In this document: piece after piece, positions 1-10,100 of the stretch
Layout of the letters: each line of letters starts with the position of its first letter
How positions within the stretch are numbered: the first letter of the stretch is position 1
Assembly (NCBI GenBank): GCA_037441845.1
Contig: JBBIRK010000002.1
Span: 160,001-224,000 of the forward strand
Origin: Candidatus Zixiibacteriota bacterium
GTDB taxonomy: Bacteria; Zixibacteria; MSB-5A5; UBA10806; 4484-95
DNA length: 64,000 nt
Direction: 5' to 3'
Position numbers and translations under genes: made by a program
The notes under the pieces: model-generated
The model's input: the letters and a program-made list of their open reading frames with translations, nothing else
The model's database searches: none
Told to the model about the DNA's origin: nothing

Positions 1-260
1 GCCGTGCCGTAAGTTTTCTGCCTGGTCGGGCGCAACGTCAACTCTTTGAAAACCGCCCCGTCTATTTTGTCTTCGTTCTCGAACAGCTCGATTATGAACG
101 GCGTTCCGCATTTGAAAGTCACCGTCGAATCGCCGGGAACCGCCGTTATAGTCGTCCCGCGGCGGATTTCCCTCATGAATCGAATCAAACGGTCCACGTC
201 GGCTTTCTCGCCCATGGCCAGGCCGGGTAAAACCGCCAATAACAGACATATTTTTTTCAT
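1..260 (-). CDS. Partial secreted protein (N-terminal part only; runs off the window), possibly an MXAN_6640-like metalloprotease
   Basis: ATG at 260 overlaps the TGA of the PHP gene (ATGA). Translation MKKICLLLAVLPGLAMGEKAD...FKCGTPFIIEL...RPTRQKTYGT has a signal peptide. The family guess rests only on the KCGTP motif. Confidence 0.7.
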   Translation of the reverse strand, partial: MKKICLLLAVLPGLAMGEKADVDRLIRFMREIRRGTTITAVPGDSTVTFKCGTPFIIELFENEDKIDGAVFKELTLRPTRQKTYGT

Positions 261-1087
261 CTGCTCTCCCGAACCCTCTTCATTTTTTCCAGACATTCCA
301 TCGGGACGCGCTGGCTGCCCATGAGCGATTTCCCCTTGCGCGGCCCATGACAATCGGAACCGCCGGTGTAAATCAAACCCATTTTATCGGCCATCGCTTT
401 GTATCGATCAATTTCCGCCGCCGAATGCAACGAATGATAAGCCTCCAGGCCGTCCAAGCCCATCTCCACGAAAGATGGAATATATTCGTCATGACCGAGC
501 GTCCCCGGGTGAGCCAGAACCGCCACTCCGCCTATAAGGTGAATTATGCTGATTGCGCGCTCCACCTCGAAATGCATCTTGGGAACATAAGCCGGCGCAT
601 GATAACCAAGATAACGTGCGAACGCCTCGTCGAACGTGCGCACGAATTCCTCCCGCACCAACGCATCGGCGATATGCGGCCGCCCCATCACCGAATTGCC
701 GGCTATGGCGGCCACCGTGTCCATTTTCAAATTTATTCCGAGCTCGTTCAATTTCGCGACCATCGCCCGCCCGCGATTCAATCTCTCCTCGCGAAACTGG
801 CGGATCGTCTTCACGAACTCCGGATTGCGATGATCGATAATATATCCCAGCAGATGCACGTCGTTGTTTTGATACATGCATGACAGCTCCACTCCGGAGA
901 TCAATTCGATTCCGCACTGCTCCGCGTAATCGATCGCCCCCACATAACCGTCGGTGGTGTCGTGGTCGGTTATAGCGATAGCCGCCAGCTTTTTTTTCAC
1001 CGCCAGATCTATCACCTCTTTCGGACTTAAAATCCCATCGGAGGCGTTGGTATGCACATGAAGATCGATATAGCGCTTGGCCGTCAA
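257..1087 (-). CDS. PHP-domain phosphoesterase (TrpH/YciV-like)
   Basis: Motifs DLHVHTNASDG, AITDHD, GVELS, HLLGY, GRPHIA, LAHP, GGSDCHG. Confidence 0.92.
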   Translation of the reverse strand: MTAKRYIDLHVHTNASDGILSPKEVIDLAVKKKLAAIAITDHDTTDGYVGAIDYAEQCGIELISGVELSCMYQNNDVHLLGYIIDHRNPEFVKTIRQFREERLNRGRAMVAKLNELGINLKMDTVAAIAGNSVMGRPHIADALVREEFVRTFDEAFARYLGYHAPAYVPKMHFEVERAISIIHLIGGVAVLAHPGTLGHDEYIPSFVEMGLDGLEAYHSLHSAAEIDRYKAMADKMGLIYTGGSDCHGPRKGKSLMGSQRVPMECLEKMKRVRESR

Positions 1088-2622
1088 GCGAGCTTCTCCT
1101 CGACTATTCTTTTGGTTTGCGAAAACAACCGCTCGCTTTCGCTCAGGATATCATTCATTTTCCTTTTGAGATCACCGGCGAAAGCGTCGTCCTTTATATT
1201 GCCGAGATTGATCCTGACGTTCAGCGATGCTCCTTCTATCGCCGCTTTTGCCGCAAGATTGGCAACGCCGGCATCCGAAACCGAATTGACGTTCCCTTTA
1301 AGAGCGATTTCGGGCAACAGCCGCATCACCTCGATCGATTTTTCCATCACCTCGAGCGGCACGCTGGCGGCGATTTTGGTGGCTTCCTCTATAGCCTTAT
1401 CGCGGACTTCTATTTCGTGATCGGTATATTTCGGTTTTTTCATGGCCGAAATCACGGCATCGAAACTGCGGGCGTCCTTTTCGATCAAGAACGTCAATTC
1501 GATTCTCAGCGCATCGAGCTTCTTGCGCATCTCGCGGAATTCCTCCCGCACCGCTTCGTAAGCCTTGCGCGCGATCGTCAAACGGCAGACCATCTCCCCC
1601 AGCGCCGCCGCCAGCGCCCCGGCCAACGCCGAAACCGATCCCCCGCCCGGCGTCGGCTCTTTCGACTGCACCTGTTCGAGGAATCCTTTGAGTTCGCCCT
1701 TGGCCGACAATTTCGGTGATTTCAATTTCGATTCGAGAATTTGATCAAGCGAAAAATTCTCCAGTCCCAGATAATAATCGGCCACCTGCACGATAGACTC
1801 CAGCGGCGCCAAGCCGACTATCTCCGAACTTACCACCGGCACTCCATAACGCCTCGCCTCCGCTTTTATCGCCTCGTAAACCCTGAATATCGGCGTCCCC
1901 CGGAAATTCACCAGATTCATCGACACCTGCACTTGATGTCGTTCCTTGATCTCGAAACCCATCGCCTTGACATAGCGGAATCCACCGGTCTGAAAACGAA
2001 CCGCGTTGGCGATATTTTTGGCGATATCGAGGTTGGTGGTGCCCAGATAAACGTTGAAAGCGATTAAAAACTGCCTCGCCCCGATAGCTATCGCGCCGGC
2101 GGTCGGATGCGTGCGACTGGGTCCGTAATCGGGCTTGCGATCGGGATTACTGCCTATCTCCGCTTTGATCCCCTCGTATTCGCCTTTTCTCACATCCGCC
2201 AAATTGGTCCGGTCCGGGCGGGTCGCCGCCTCTTCGTATAGATATACCGGGATTTCCAGTTCACTACCTACCCTCTCGCCCAGCCTCTTGGCAAGCTCGA
2301 CACAGGTGGCCATGGTCACCCCGGACACCGGAATAAAAGGCACGACGTCGGTGGCGCCCATCCGCGGGTGCTCGCCTTTATGTTTTTCCATATCGATCAA
2401 TTCGCTGGCCTTCTTTATGGCTCTGAATGCGGCCTCGAGCACCGGTTCCGGCTCCCCGACGAAAGTGACCACCGCCCGATTGTGGTCTTTATCCATCTCC
2501 TGATCGAGCATCACCGTCCCCTCGACACTCTCGATCTCTTTGACAATTTCCGCTATCACCTCGGGTCTGCGCCCCTCGGAAAAATTAGGCACGCATTCGA
2601 CTATCTTATCCATCCTCTTCAC
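1084..2622 (-). CDS. ftcD: Bifunctional glutamate formimidoyltransferase / formiminotetrahydrofolate cyclodeaminase
   Basis: N-terminal VECVPNFSEGR, DHNRAVVT and HPRMGATDVVPF; C-terminal cyclodeaminase PTPGGGSVSA and GNVNSVSDAGV. Start may be ATG at 2613. Confidence 0.95.
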   Translation of the reverse strand: MKRMDKIVECVPNFSEGRRPEVIAEIVKEIESVEGTVMLDQEMDKDHNRAVVTFVGEPEPVLEAAFRAIKKASELIDMEKHKGEHPRMGATDVVPFIPVSGVTMATCVELAKRLGERVGSELEIPVYLYEEAATRPDRTNLADVRKGEYEGIKAEIGSNPDRKPDYGPSRTHPTAGAIAIGARQFLIAFNVYLGTTNLDIAKNIANAVRFQTGGFRYVKAMGFEIKERHQVQVSMNLVNFRGTPIFRVYEAIKAEARRYGVPVVSSEIVGLAPLESIVQVADYYLGLENFSLDQILESKLKSPKLSAKGELKGFLEQVQSKEPTPGGGSVSALAGALAAALGEMVCRLTIARKAYEAVREEFREMRKKLDALRIELTFLIEKDARSFDAVISAMKKPKYTDHEIEVRDKAIEEATKIAASVPLEVMEKSIEVMRLLPEIALKGNVNSVSDAGVANLAAKAAIEGASLNVRINLGNIKDDAFAGDLKRKMNDILSESERLFSQTKRIVEEKLA

Positions 2623-3548
2623 CTTTCATAAGATCGAACTGCCGCCGCCAATAATGGCAGCATTATTTCATGATGTCCGGTGAACGAACACCCCTTGCCG
2701 CCGCCCAAAGTCGGCCGACGCACTACGTTTTCGTTCGGCCGGTAATGTTGAATCATATCGAAATTGGCCGCGGTGAAATCGGTAATCTTCCCCTCGATAT
2801 TTCTGGCCACGGTCAGCGCTTTGAGGAACACCTCGGGCAACACTACGGCGGAACCGACATTCAGCACCACTCCGCCGTCGTTCAACTTCTTCAACCGCGC
2901 CGCCAGAATACGGAAATCGATCTGGCTTTTACCGCCCCACAGGGCGCCGTCGAATTCGGGGTGCTGGCAGATCGTATCGGTGCCGATCGCCACGTGGATA
3001 GTAACCGTAACGCCCAGACTCACGGCGGCGGCGATCAGCGAAAATTTACGATAACGGGGCTTGCGGGCGATTATGAACCGCCCGATAGATTCACCCAATC
3101 CACTCTCGACCGGGGCATCGGCGACCGCTTGCGCTAGATATCGAGGAGTCTCGAATACCATCCCGAAACTGCCGTCCCGCAGAGTATCCGCCACCTCCTC
3201 CGAGGTTCTTCCCCAGAATGCGATCTCAAGATCGTGAATGGCTCCGGCGCCGTTAAGCGCAATATGGGAAACATACTTCCGTTTCAGCATATCGATAATG
3301 ATCGGCGAAAGTCCCACTTTCAAGGGGTGCGCCCCCATAAGCCAGATAATCGCCCGTCCCCGTTTTTTTGCCTGAATCATGTCATGGGCGAGATCGCGCA
3401 GATCGGCGGCTTTGAGATAATCCGGCAGCGAGTCGAAAAACGGCCTCATTCCACGGACGGGCTTGCCGAAACGGCTGCTTTCGGCTTTGGTGATCCGATC
3501 GTGCACCGAATAGCGTTTTACTCTGGCCAGATCGATTTTATCCGACAC
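2619..3548 (-). CDS. Conserved protein with deoxyhypusine-synthase-like fold, function unknown
   Basis: MGAHPLKVGLSP, NGAGAIHDLE, AIGTD, NVGSAVVLPEVFLKAL, GHHEIMLPLL. Confidence 0.7.
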   Translation of the reverse strand: MSDKIDLARVKRYSVHDRITKAESSRFGKPVRGMRPFFDSLPDYLKAADLRDLAHDMIQAKKRGRAIIWLMGAHPLKVGLSPIIIDMLKRKYVSHIALNGAGAIHDLEIAFWGRTSEEVADTLRDGSFGMVFETPRYLAQAVADAPVESGLGESIGRFIIARKPRYRKFSLIAAAVSLGVTVTIHVAIGTDTICQHPEFDGALWGGKSQIDFRILAARLKKLNDGGVVLNVGSAVVLPEVFLKALTVARNIEGKITDFTAANFDMIQHYRPNENVVRRPTLGGGKGCSFTGHHEIMLPLLAAAVRSYER

Positions 3549-4416
3549 GGCCTATCTCTCCCCGAGTAAATTTCTTCAATTTGGCGGAAATCGATCCGAG
3601 CAGATACACTTCCGATTGCATCTTCACCGGCATCTTGTGCCGATCGTCGGTAAGCCAGATCGTGATTCTCCCCTTGGCTTTGAATATCCCCTCATGGCGC
3701 ATTACCGGCTCCACCACTATACACTTGAACTTGCCCGCCGGAACCTCTATTTCCTGACGGCCGTGCACGATAACTTTCAGCGGATAATTCTTGCGGTCGG
3801 TATGATTGTCTATCAGGATATCTTTGCCGGGCACCAGCTCTTGTATTCTTATATAATAGAGCGATGACAGCACGTCCTGCACGAACGGAAAAGTCGGCAC
3901 CGTGTCCGCGCCCGTAATGGCCAACTGTCTTCGCTGATCGAAATTCGTGATTCGATCGACCTTATAGCCACCTTCCCGCAGATGTTTGCGAAAATAATGA
4001 GAATATATTCCTTCGGCATCGATATAACTTTCCACCGTGTCTCTGACCGGATAAAACATCGAAACGAAATCGTTCGAATGAGCGATCGAAACGATCTTGT
4101 AACAGGAGCGGCCGTCATATTCGATTATCTCGGGGATTTTCATAACCGCCCAGCCGGCCGAAATCAGGCCGTAGGAAAGACTGAATTCGAGGTATTCCCC
4201 GACACCCCACGATCTGTTTTCAAGGGTTCTGGTCCAGTTGGTTGAATCGCCGCCGAGCGAGACGAATTGCTGGCCGGGGCTGACATAGCTCTCATCGATC
4301 GAATCGGTCGAATCCGCCGCACCGGACGGAGCGAAAAAATCGTTGCCGCCCGAACCGAGGCTGCCGGCCGTCAGTAACGTCGCAATTATCGATATGCGCA
4401 GCAGGGGACGAATCAA
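3538..4416 (-). CDS. DUF3108-like exported protein
   Basis: Signal peptide; GEYLEFSLSYGLISAG, DVLSSLYYIR, EVPAGKFKC, IWLTDD..KMPVK. Confidence 0.8.
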   Translation of the reverse strand: MIRPLLRISIIATLLTAGSLGSGGNDFFAPSGAADSTDSIDESYVSPGQQFVSLGGDSTNWTRTLENRSWGVGEYLEFSLSYGLISAGWAVMKIPEIIEYDGRSCYKIVSIAHSNDFVSMFYPVRDTVESYIDAEGIYSHYFRKHLREGGYKVDRITNFDQRRQLAITGADTVPTFPFVQDVLSSLYYIRIQELVPGKDILIDNHTDRKNYPLKVIVHGRQEIEVPAGKFKCIVVEPVMRHEGIFKAKGRITIWLTDDRHKMPVKMQSEVYLLGSISAKLKKFTRGEIGRVG

Positions 4417-4907
4417 TCGTTTTCCTTTGCAGCCAACTCGACAAGCCTGGGAAATATCCGCCTTATTTCCTCGTCGAGTTCGAGAAACGTCTGGTTATAC
4501 TGCTCAAGACTTCCGCCGATAGGGTCTTCCACGCGGGCCTGGGTGGGGGAATATCGGGCGGGGAACCCTTTCAGCAGATACGTTTTCTCCCGCGCCTGGC
4601 CGTCCATTTCCGCTATCTTTTCCACATGCTCGTGGCTCATTGCAAAAATGATGTCGGCCTCATCGATTAATTGCCGCCTGAGTAGACGCGAACGATGATC
4701 GCTGATATCGATTTCCCAATGGGCGGCGGCCGCCTTGGCGAATTCAGTGGCCGGTAACCCATCAGCTGCGGCCGTCCCCGCCGAACCAAATCGCATATTT
4801 GTCAAACCCTTCTCAAAAGCGATCTTCCGTGCTATGCCCTCGGCCATGGGTGAACGACAGGTGTTGCCGGTGCAGACAAACAGTATATTAAACTTCCCCG
4901 CCAACAC
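4413..4907 (-). CDS. Low-molecular-weight protein phosphatase, probably protein-arginine phosphatase (YwlE-like)
   Basis: P-loop VCTGNTCRSPMAE, SAGT, DPIGG. Start placed at GTG 4907 to shorten the overlap with tsaC. Confidence 0.88.
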   Translation of the reverse strand: MLAGKFNILFVCTGNTCRSPMAEGIARKIAFEKGLTNMRFGSAGTAAADGLPATEFAKAAAAHWEIDISDHRSRLLRRQLIDEADIIFAMSHEHVEKIAEMDGQAREKTYLLKGFPARYSPTQARVEDPIGGSLEQYNQTFLELDEEIRRIFPRLVELAAKEND

Positions 4908-5514
4908 TTTCCACCGCCTTACGGATATCCGCTTCTCTGATCGATCCCGCCCTGAGATATCGCCATACGTCGCCATCGCATTTCACCACCGTCGAGGCGG
5001 TTCCGGCGGCGCGGGCCTCCGTTTCGATTACCGCATCGACTCCGGAAATAATGCTCGATCGTATTTCGGCCAAGGCGCGTGGCGGATTCTCCCCGGTGAA
5101 ATTAGCGCTCGAGGCCGCCAGCGGCTTGCCGTAACCGCGGATCAAATTTCGCAGCCGCACAAAATCGGGAATACGGACTCCGATTGTTTTATCGGGGGCG
5201 GCAACCAGCTCGAACCTGCGAGAATCGGTTGGCACCACTATAGTCAACGCCCCCGGCCAGAATTTCTTCGCCAACCTTTGCGCGCTGCCTTCGAGCCTTA
5301 TTCCCAAAGCGCTGAACTGATCGATATCGGAACCAAGCAAAGCGGTCTGCCTCGGTTCGCTCTTCTTCAAATCAAACAGCTTCTTCAACGCATGCGGGTT
5401 CTCGAAATCGCAGGCGAGCCCCCATACGGTATCGCTGGGAAGCAAAATCACGCCGCCCTGAGAAAGCAATTCGCATACCTTTTTATCGGAAATATCGAAA
5501 AGGGCGGCGATCAT
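4888..5514 (-). CDS. tsaC: L-threonylcarbamoyladenylate synthase (YrdC/Sua5 family)
   Basis: PSDTVWGL, FWPGALT, TIGVRIP, SSAN, ASTVV, RAGSI. Confidence 0.85.
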   Translation of the reverse strand: MIAALFDISDKKVCELLSQGGVILLPSDTVWGLACDFENPHALKKLFDLKKSEPRQTALLGSDIDQFSALGIRLEGSAQRLAKKFWPGALTIVVPTDSRRFELVAAPDKTIGVRIPDFVRLRNLIRGYGKPLAASSANFTGENPPRALAEIRSSIISGVDAVIETEARAAGTASTVVKCDGDVWRYLRAGSIREADIRKAVESVGGEV

Positions 5515-6017
5515 TTCGTGGTCCTCACCAGCCAGGCGTTTTCGAATCCCATTCCCTTCACCTTCTCAAGAAAAGCCTGCCCCAACTTGGGATCGTGAAA
5601 TTCCCCGAGACGCACCTTGTAATACGGCGCCTGATACTCGATAAATATCCCTTCGGGAAAAAGATTTTCCACCACTGATACATATCCTTTGGCGTCGTCG
5701 AGCGATTTGCTGGCGTAAATCTGAACCCGGAAAATCACCGTCGGATCGCCCGCCGGTTCGATCGCCGCCGCCGATCCGGAATCCGGCCTGTCGACTGGCT
5801 GATCGAGAACCTCCAACTCCATTCCGCGGCCGGGATAGCGGCCTGCGATCGTCATCGTATCCGCCGGCCCGTTCAGAGGATCGAACCATCGTTCCGCCAG
5901 AAGCCGATTGTCGCGGGCCGCCTTATTGCCGATCCCGGCGGTCCCGCACGATAAACACAACGCCGATATCAATATGATCGGATTACAGATACTGCTGCAG
6001 GGATTCATCTTGTTCAA
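5511..6017 (-). CDS. SPOR-domain lipoprotein
   Basis: Lipobox-like LCLSC; C-terminal FRVQIYA...PYYKVRLGEF...GFENAWLV. Confidence 0.82.
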   Translation of the reverse strand: MNKMNPCSSICNPIILISALCLSCGTAGIGNKAARDNRLLAERWFDPLNGPADTMTIAGRYPGRGMELEVLDQPVDRPDSGSAAAIEPAGDPTVIFRVQIYASKSLDDAKGYVSVVENLFPEGIFIEYQAPYYKVRLGEFHDPKLGQAFLEKVKGMGFENAWLVRTTK

Positions 6018-7065
6018 GTTTGTTCAACAGCTCCTTGATATCGCCGACCTTCGTCTTGTGAGCCACCATCACCACATTATCGGTGCGCACGATCACCAAA
6101 TCTGAAACACCGAATGACACCACGAACCCGTTCGAGGAGGCGTTGACGATTGTATTTTCATAACTAGCTTCGCTGACTACGTTCCCTTTGATAACGTTCC
6201 CCTCGCTGTTCGGGCTGAATACCCTCTGCAGCGCCAGCCAGGAACCGACATCGTCCCATATGATCTCGCCCTTTACGCAAAGCACGTTGTCGGCCTTCTC
6301 GAGAATGGCGAAATCGACGGAGATATTTTCGCAATCGTTATAAAGGCATTCGAGAGCCGATTTTTCACCGGCGGTATCTATGCTGCCAGCGTATGTTCGA
6401 ATACATTTATACATCCCCGGCATATAGTTTTCCAGCGCTTCGAGAAACGATTTCACGCTCCAAACGAACATGCCGGAATTCCAAAGATGCTTGCGGTCGA
6501 GATAATACTCCTGAGCCTTGGTGCGCTCCGGCTTTTCTTTGAATTTGATGACTTGATGGAACTTTATCCCGTTGATTTCGGTGTGTTTCGTCCCCATTTC
6601 GATATAACCGTAGCCGGTCTCCGCGCGGGCCGGGACTATCCCTATGGTGATCAGCTTGTTCTCCACCGCGGCGAGATCGGCGGCCGTGGATAGTATCCTT
6701 ACCAGATGGTCCTTGGGCTCTATTATATGGTCCGAGGACAACACCACCATGATTCCTTCGGGATCGAGTCGTTCGATATGGATCGCCGCCAGGGCCAAGG
6801 CAAGACAAGTATTCTTGCCGATAGGTTCCAGCAGAAGATTTTTCTTTTTCAAGCCGCATCCCGATTCGAGGATTTGCTTCTCCAGATAGGCTGCGGTTAC
6901 GACAAGAGTTCTTTCCAAAGGAATGAACCCTTCCAATCGACTCATCGTCTCCTCGAGCATGGTCTTGTCCGAGGTGAGCCGCAAAAGTTGTTTGGGATGA
7001 TCCTTGGTCGATAACGGCCAGAATCGTTCGCCCTTTCCCCCGGCAAGGATTACTCCGTAAATCAT
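5983..7065 (-). CDS. manC: Mannose-1-phosphate guanylyltransferase
   Basis: ILAGGKGERFWPLS..PKQ, EP.GKNT, SDH, ETGYGYI, FKEKP, WNSGMF, WDDVGSW. Confidence 0.93.
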   Translation of the reverse strand: MIYGVILAGGKGERFWPLSTKDHPKQLLRLTSDKTMLEETMSRLEGFIPLERTLVVTAAYLEKQILESGCGLKKKNLLLEPIGKNTCLALALAAIHIERLDPEGIMVVLSSDHIIEPKDHLVRILSTAADLAAVENKLITIGIVPARAETGYGYIEMGTKHTEINGIKFHQVIKFKEKPERTKAQEYYLDRKHLWNSGMFVWSVKSFLEALENYMPGMYKCIRTYAGSIDTAGEKSALECLYNDCENISVDFAILEKADNVLCVKGEIIWDDVGSWLALQRVFSPNSEGNVIKGNVVSEASYENTIVNASSNGFVVSFGVSDLVIVRTDNVVMVAHKTKVGDIKELLNKLEQDESLQQYL

Positions 7066-8792
7066 CAGGATTTTCCTTTTTTCTGCCCCGCTGACACCTT
7101 CATGGGTTTATTGTAATATAGATATCTTTTTATCTTGCGCGTCGATGTCTTTTCGAAAGCCTCTTCGCGGATCATCACATATTTAACCCGCTTGAAATCG
7201 GCAAGTTCCTCGCCCTGCTTGGCCACTTCGAGCTTGATGGTTTTTTCGATATTCATCTCGCTCAACTCGATCCCTTTCTCCTGCGCCCGGGCGCTGAAAT
7301 ACTCGAGGTCCGGCACGATCATGGCCTCGATCTCTTCGCCCCCATCGACCGGACGGCCCAATACGAGCGACTCGAGAATATAGGGAGACTTGTTCAACGC
7401 AAATTCGATTTCCTCGGGATAGACGTTCTTGCCCCCCGGAGTGACGATCACGTTTTTCGACCTTCCCGCGATATAATAATATCCATCGTCATCCGCCCAA
7501 CCGAGATCTCCGGTGTAAAGCCAGCCATCTTTCAGCACCTCGGCGGTCGCCTGAGGATTCCTGTAATATCCTTTCATTATCATCGGGCCGCTGGCGATTA
7601 TCTCGCCTATTCCCGCGGCATCGGGACGATCGATACGCAGTCTCGCGTTAGGCAAGGCCTTGCCGATAGAATTGTTTTTGTAATCATCCAAAGGATTCAA
7701 TGTCAGAACCGGCGAGCTTTCGGTCAGCCCGTAACCCTGAATCAGCCTGAATCCAAGAATGTTGAACGCCGCGGCCACCTCCGGCATCATCGGCGCGCCA
7801 CCCGCCACCATCAACCTTATCGAGGATAACCCCGCCTTCTCCCTCAAACCGGAAAACAACCCCTTGCCGGCCTCCAAATTCAGCGTCTTTTTCAATAGTT
7901 GCGATACCCCGTAAATGGTTCGGAAAAGCGCTCGGGTGAAAGGCGGCTTTTTCGATATCTCGCGAGTGATTCCGGCGAACATTTTTTCGTAAAGCAAGGG
8001 AACGCCCAGCATGATGGTCGCTTTGTTTTCGCGTATGTCCTCGACTATCAGTTTGGCCGCCAGACCCCGCGCATAAGTTATCGAGGCTCCGCCCGAAAGC
8101 GGCGTCAAAAAACCGCAAGTGCATTCGAAAGTATGGTGAAGCGGCAATATCGAGATGAAATTGTCGTTTTCGCGCATATCTATGCATTCGAGACAGCCCC
8201 AGATATCGCTGACTATGTTGCGATGAGAAAGCATCACGCCTTTGGCCAGCCCGGTCGTCCCTGAGGTGTATATTATCACCGCCAAGTCATCGGGCGAATT
8301 CATCGGCGGCTCGATCGTAGGCGGGTCGGAGTCGGCGAAAAGATACGGATAATCGGCCGTTTCCCGATCCATCGAAATGATGACCTCAAACGTCTCGATC
8401 GAATCCCGCAACGGTTCGATATCCGGTATCAGCTTGCCCGAAACCACCAGCGCCTTGATCCCCGAATGACGGATTATATAGCTGAGCTCTTGAGGCTTAA
8501 GCAACGAATCGAGCGGGACATTGACCGCTTGGAGGAACAGCGAACCGAAATAAGCGGCTCCCCAGGCCGGTCGATTCTCCGCCAAAATGCCGACCTTATC
8601 TCCGGGTTTGATTCCGGCTTTCGTCAGCGCCGCCGCCGCCTGCATGACCAAATGGTATAGTTCTGAATAATTTATGGCTCTGAATGAATCCCCGCTGAAA
8701 TACCTCATGGCCGCATTGTTCGAATAGAGCTTTTTGCTCCTCGAAAGCATCTGGGGAATCGTCAACTCATGCAACGGGGTATCGCTGAACAT
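7065..8792 (-). CDS. Long-chain fatty acid--CoA ligase (AMP-binding)
   Basis: YTSGTTGLAKGVMLSH, QGYGLTESSP, GWLYTGDLG, GRSKNVIV..GKNVYPEEIE. Confidence 0.92.
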   Translation of the reverse strand: MFSDTPLHELTIPQMLSRSKKLYSNNAAMRYFSGDSFRAINYSELYHLVMQAAAALTKAGIKPGDKVGILAENRPAWGAAYFGSLFLQAVNVPLDSLLKPQELSYIIRHSGIKALVVSGKLIPDIEPLRDSIETFEVIISMDRETADYPYLFADSDPPTIEPPMNSPDDLAVIIYTSGTTGLAKGVMLSHRNIVSDIWGCLECIDMRENDNFISILPLHHTFECTCGFLTPLSGGASITYARGLAAKLIVEDIRENKATIMLGVPLLYEKMFAGITREISKKPPFTRALFRTIYGVSQLLKKTLNLEAGKGLFSGLREKAGLSSIRLMVAGGAPMMPEVAAAFNILGFRLIQGYGLTESSPVLTLNPLDDYKNNSIGKALPNARLRIDRPDAAGIGEIIASGPMIMKGYYRNPQATAEVLKDGWLYTGDLGWADDDGYYYIAGRSKNVIVTPGGKNVYPEEIEFALNKSPYILESLVLGRPVDGGEEIEAMIVPDLEYFSARAQEKGIELSEMNIEKTIKLEVAKQGEELADFKRVKYVMIREEAFEKTSTRKIKRYLYYNKPMKVSAGQKKGKS

Positions 8793-8800
8793 ATGCAGCG

Positions 8801-8829
8801 AATATATTACCGAATAGGTTCAATTGCAA
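8801..8829 (-). promoter_or_regulatory. Putative sigma70 promoter of the acyl-CoA ligase/manC operon
   Basis: TTGCAA-N17-TATATT on the minus strand, ending 8 nt before the ATG. Confidence 0.5.
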
Positions 8830-8878
8830 GCGATTAACGGAGAACGCCGGGGTAAGCAGGCAACAGAAGAAACGAAAA

Positions 8879-10096
8879 TCAGTCCCTCAACTGGACTCCG
8901 GCTCTGTTGATCGAATCGTCGCCGTATTTCCCTCTGATCTCATCCATCACGCTTTCGATTTCTCTTAATCGATTAATTTGATCGCACCGACGAAAAGCTT
9001 CTTGATTATGGACCCAAAGGTCGGGTTGATCGCTCTCCCGCACAGTTTCGATATTGGATACCGATACCCCGATCAACCTGATCGGCGATCCCGAAAATCC
9101 GCTCTCTTCGAACAAACTGCAGGCTGTGGAATAGATGACGTTCGCGCAATCGGTGGAGATATTCAACGTGCGCGACCGGGTATGTCTTATGAAATTCGGC
9201 AATTTTATTTTCAGATTGACCGTCCTTCCCCGACAGAAATCGGCACGCAAGCGTCGCGACACCCTATCCGATAAATACAACAACCTGCCCCTTATCTTGG
9301 TCAGATCGCTTTCGTCGCGATAAAAGGTGTGCTCGTGCCCCATCGATTTTTCGGTTGTCGCCAGATACCCGGGCGTGATATTAGCCTCTCCTTTGCCGTT
9401 GGCCATGTCGATCAGGCATTCGGCGGCTATCCCGAACATTCTTTTCAACTTCGGCTTGGGATATTTGGCCAGATCCTCGATCGTTACGATTCCGAGCTTT
9501 TTTAGCGATTCTTCGGTTTTCGGGCCTATTCCCCACAGGTTGCGCACCGGCTGCGGCCAGAGATACTCGATTTCCCGTCCTTTTTCGATTATAGTCAATC
9601 CGTCGGGTTTGTTTGTCGCCGATGCCATTTTAGCGATGAATTTGACATGAGCCACTCCAATCGATGCGGTCAAACCGAACTTATCGCGAATCGATTTCTT
9701 GATTTTCTCGGCCAGATTTTTCGCTCCTCCGTATCTTTCCGCCACATCGGTGATATCCAGGAACGCCTCATCGATCGATACCGGTTCGACCAGCGGGGTG
9801 AATCCGCTCAACAATCTCAGAATTTCACAGGAAAGATGAGTGTATTTGTATGGGGAAAGATTGATAAAAACTCCGTTGGGGCACAATTTCACCGCTTTGG
9901 CCGCCGACATCGCCGAATGAATTCCGAACGGCCGCGCCTCGTAAGAACAGGTGGTCACCACTCCCCGCCCCTCGGGGGTGCCGCCGACTATCACCGGTTT
10001 ACCTTTCAGGGCCGGCAGATGAGCCTGCTCGACCGCCGCGAAAAACGCATCCATGTCGATATGCATTATCAGTTTGTCGGAACCTTTGTCAGCCAT
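8879..10096 (-). CDS. dinB: DNA polymerase IV (Y-family, catalytic residues intact)
   Basis: HIDMDAFFAAVEQ, SYEARPFGI, SIDEAFLD, AKMAS..KPDG, LWGIG, PIRLIGV. Start placed at ATG 10096, 4 nt after the upstream stop. Confidence 0.93.
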   Translation of the reverse strand: MADKGSDKLIMHIDMDAFFAAVEQAHLPALKGKPVIVGGTPEGRGVVTTCSYEARPFGIHSAMSAAKAVKLCPNGVFINLSPYKYTHLSCEILRLLSGFTPLVEPVSIDEAFLDITDVAERYGGAKNLAEKIKKSIRDKFGLTASIGVAHVKFIAKMASATNKPDGLTIIEKGREIEYLWPQPVRNLWGIGPKTEESLKKLGIVTIEDLAKYPKPKLKRMFGIAAECLIDMANGKGEANITPGYLATTEKSMGHEHTFYRDESDLTKIRGRLLYLSDRVSRRLRADFCRGRTVNLKIKLPNFIRHTRSRTLNISTDCANVIYSTACSLFEESGFSGSPIRLIGVSVSNIETVRESDQPDLWVHNQEAFRRCDQINRLREIESVMDEIRGKYGDDSINRAGVQLRD

Positions 10097-10100
10097 ACTT

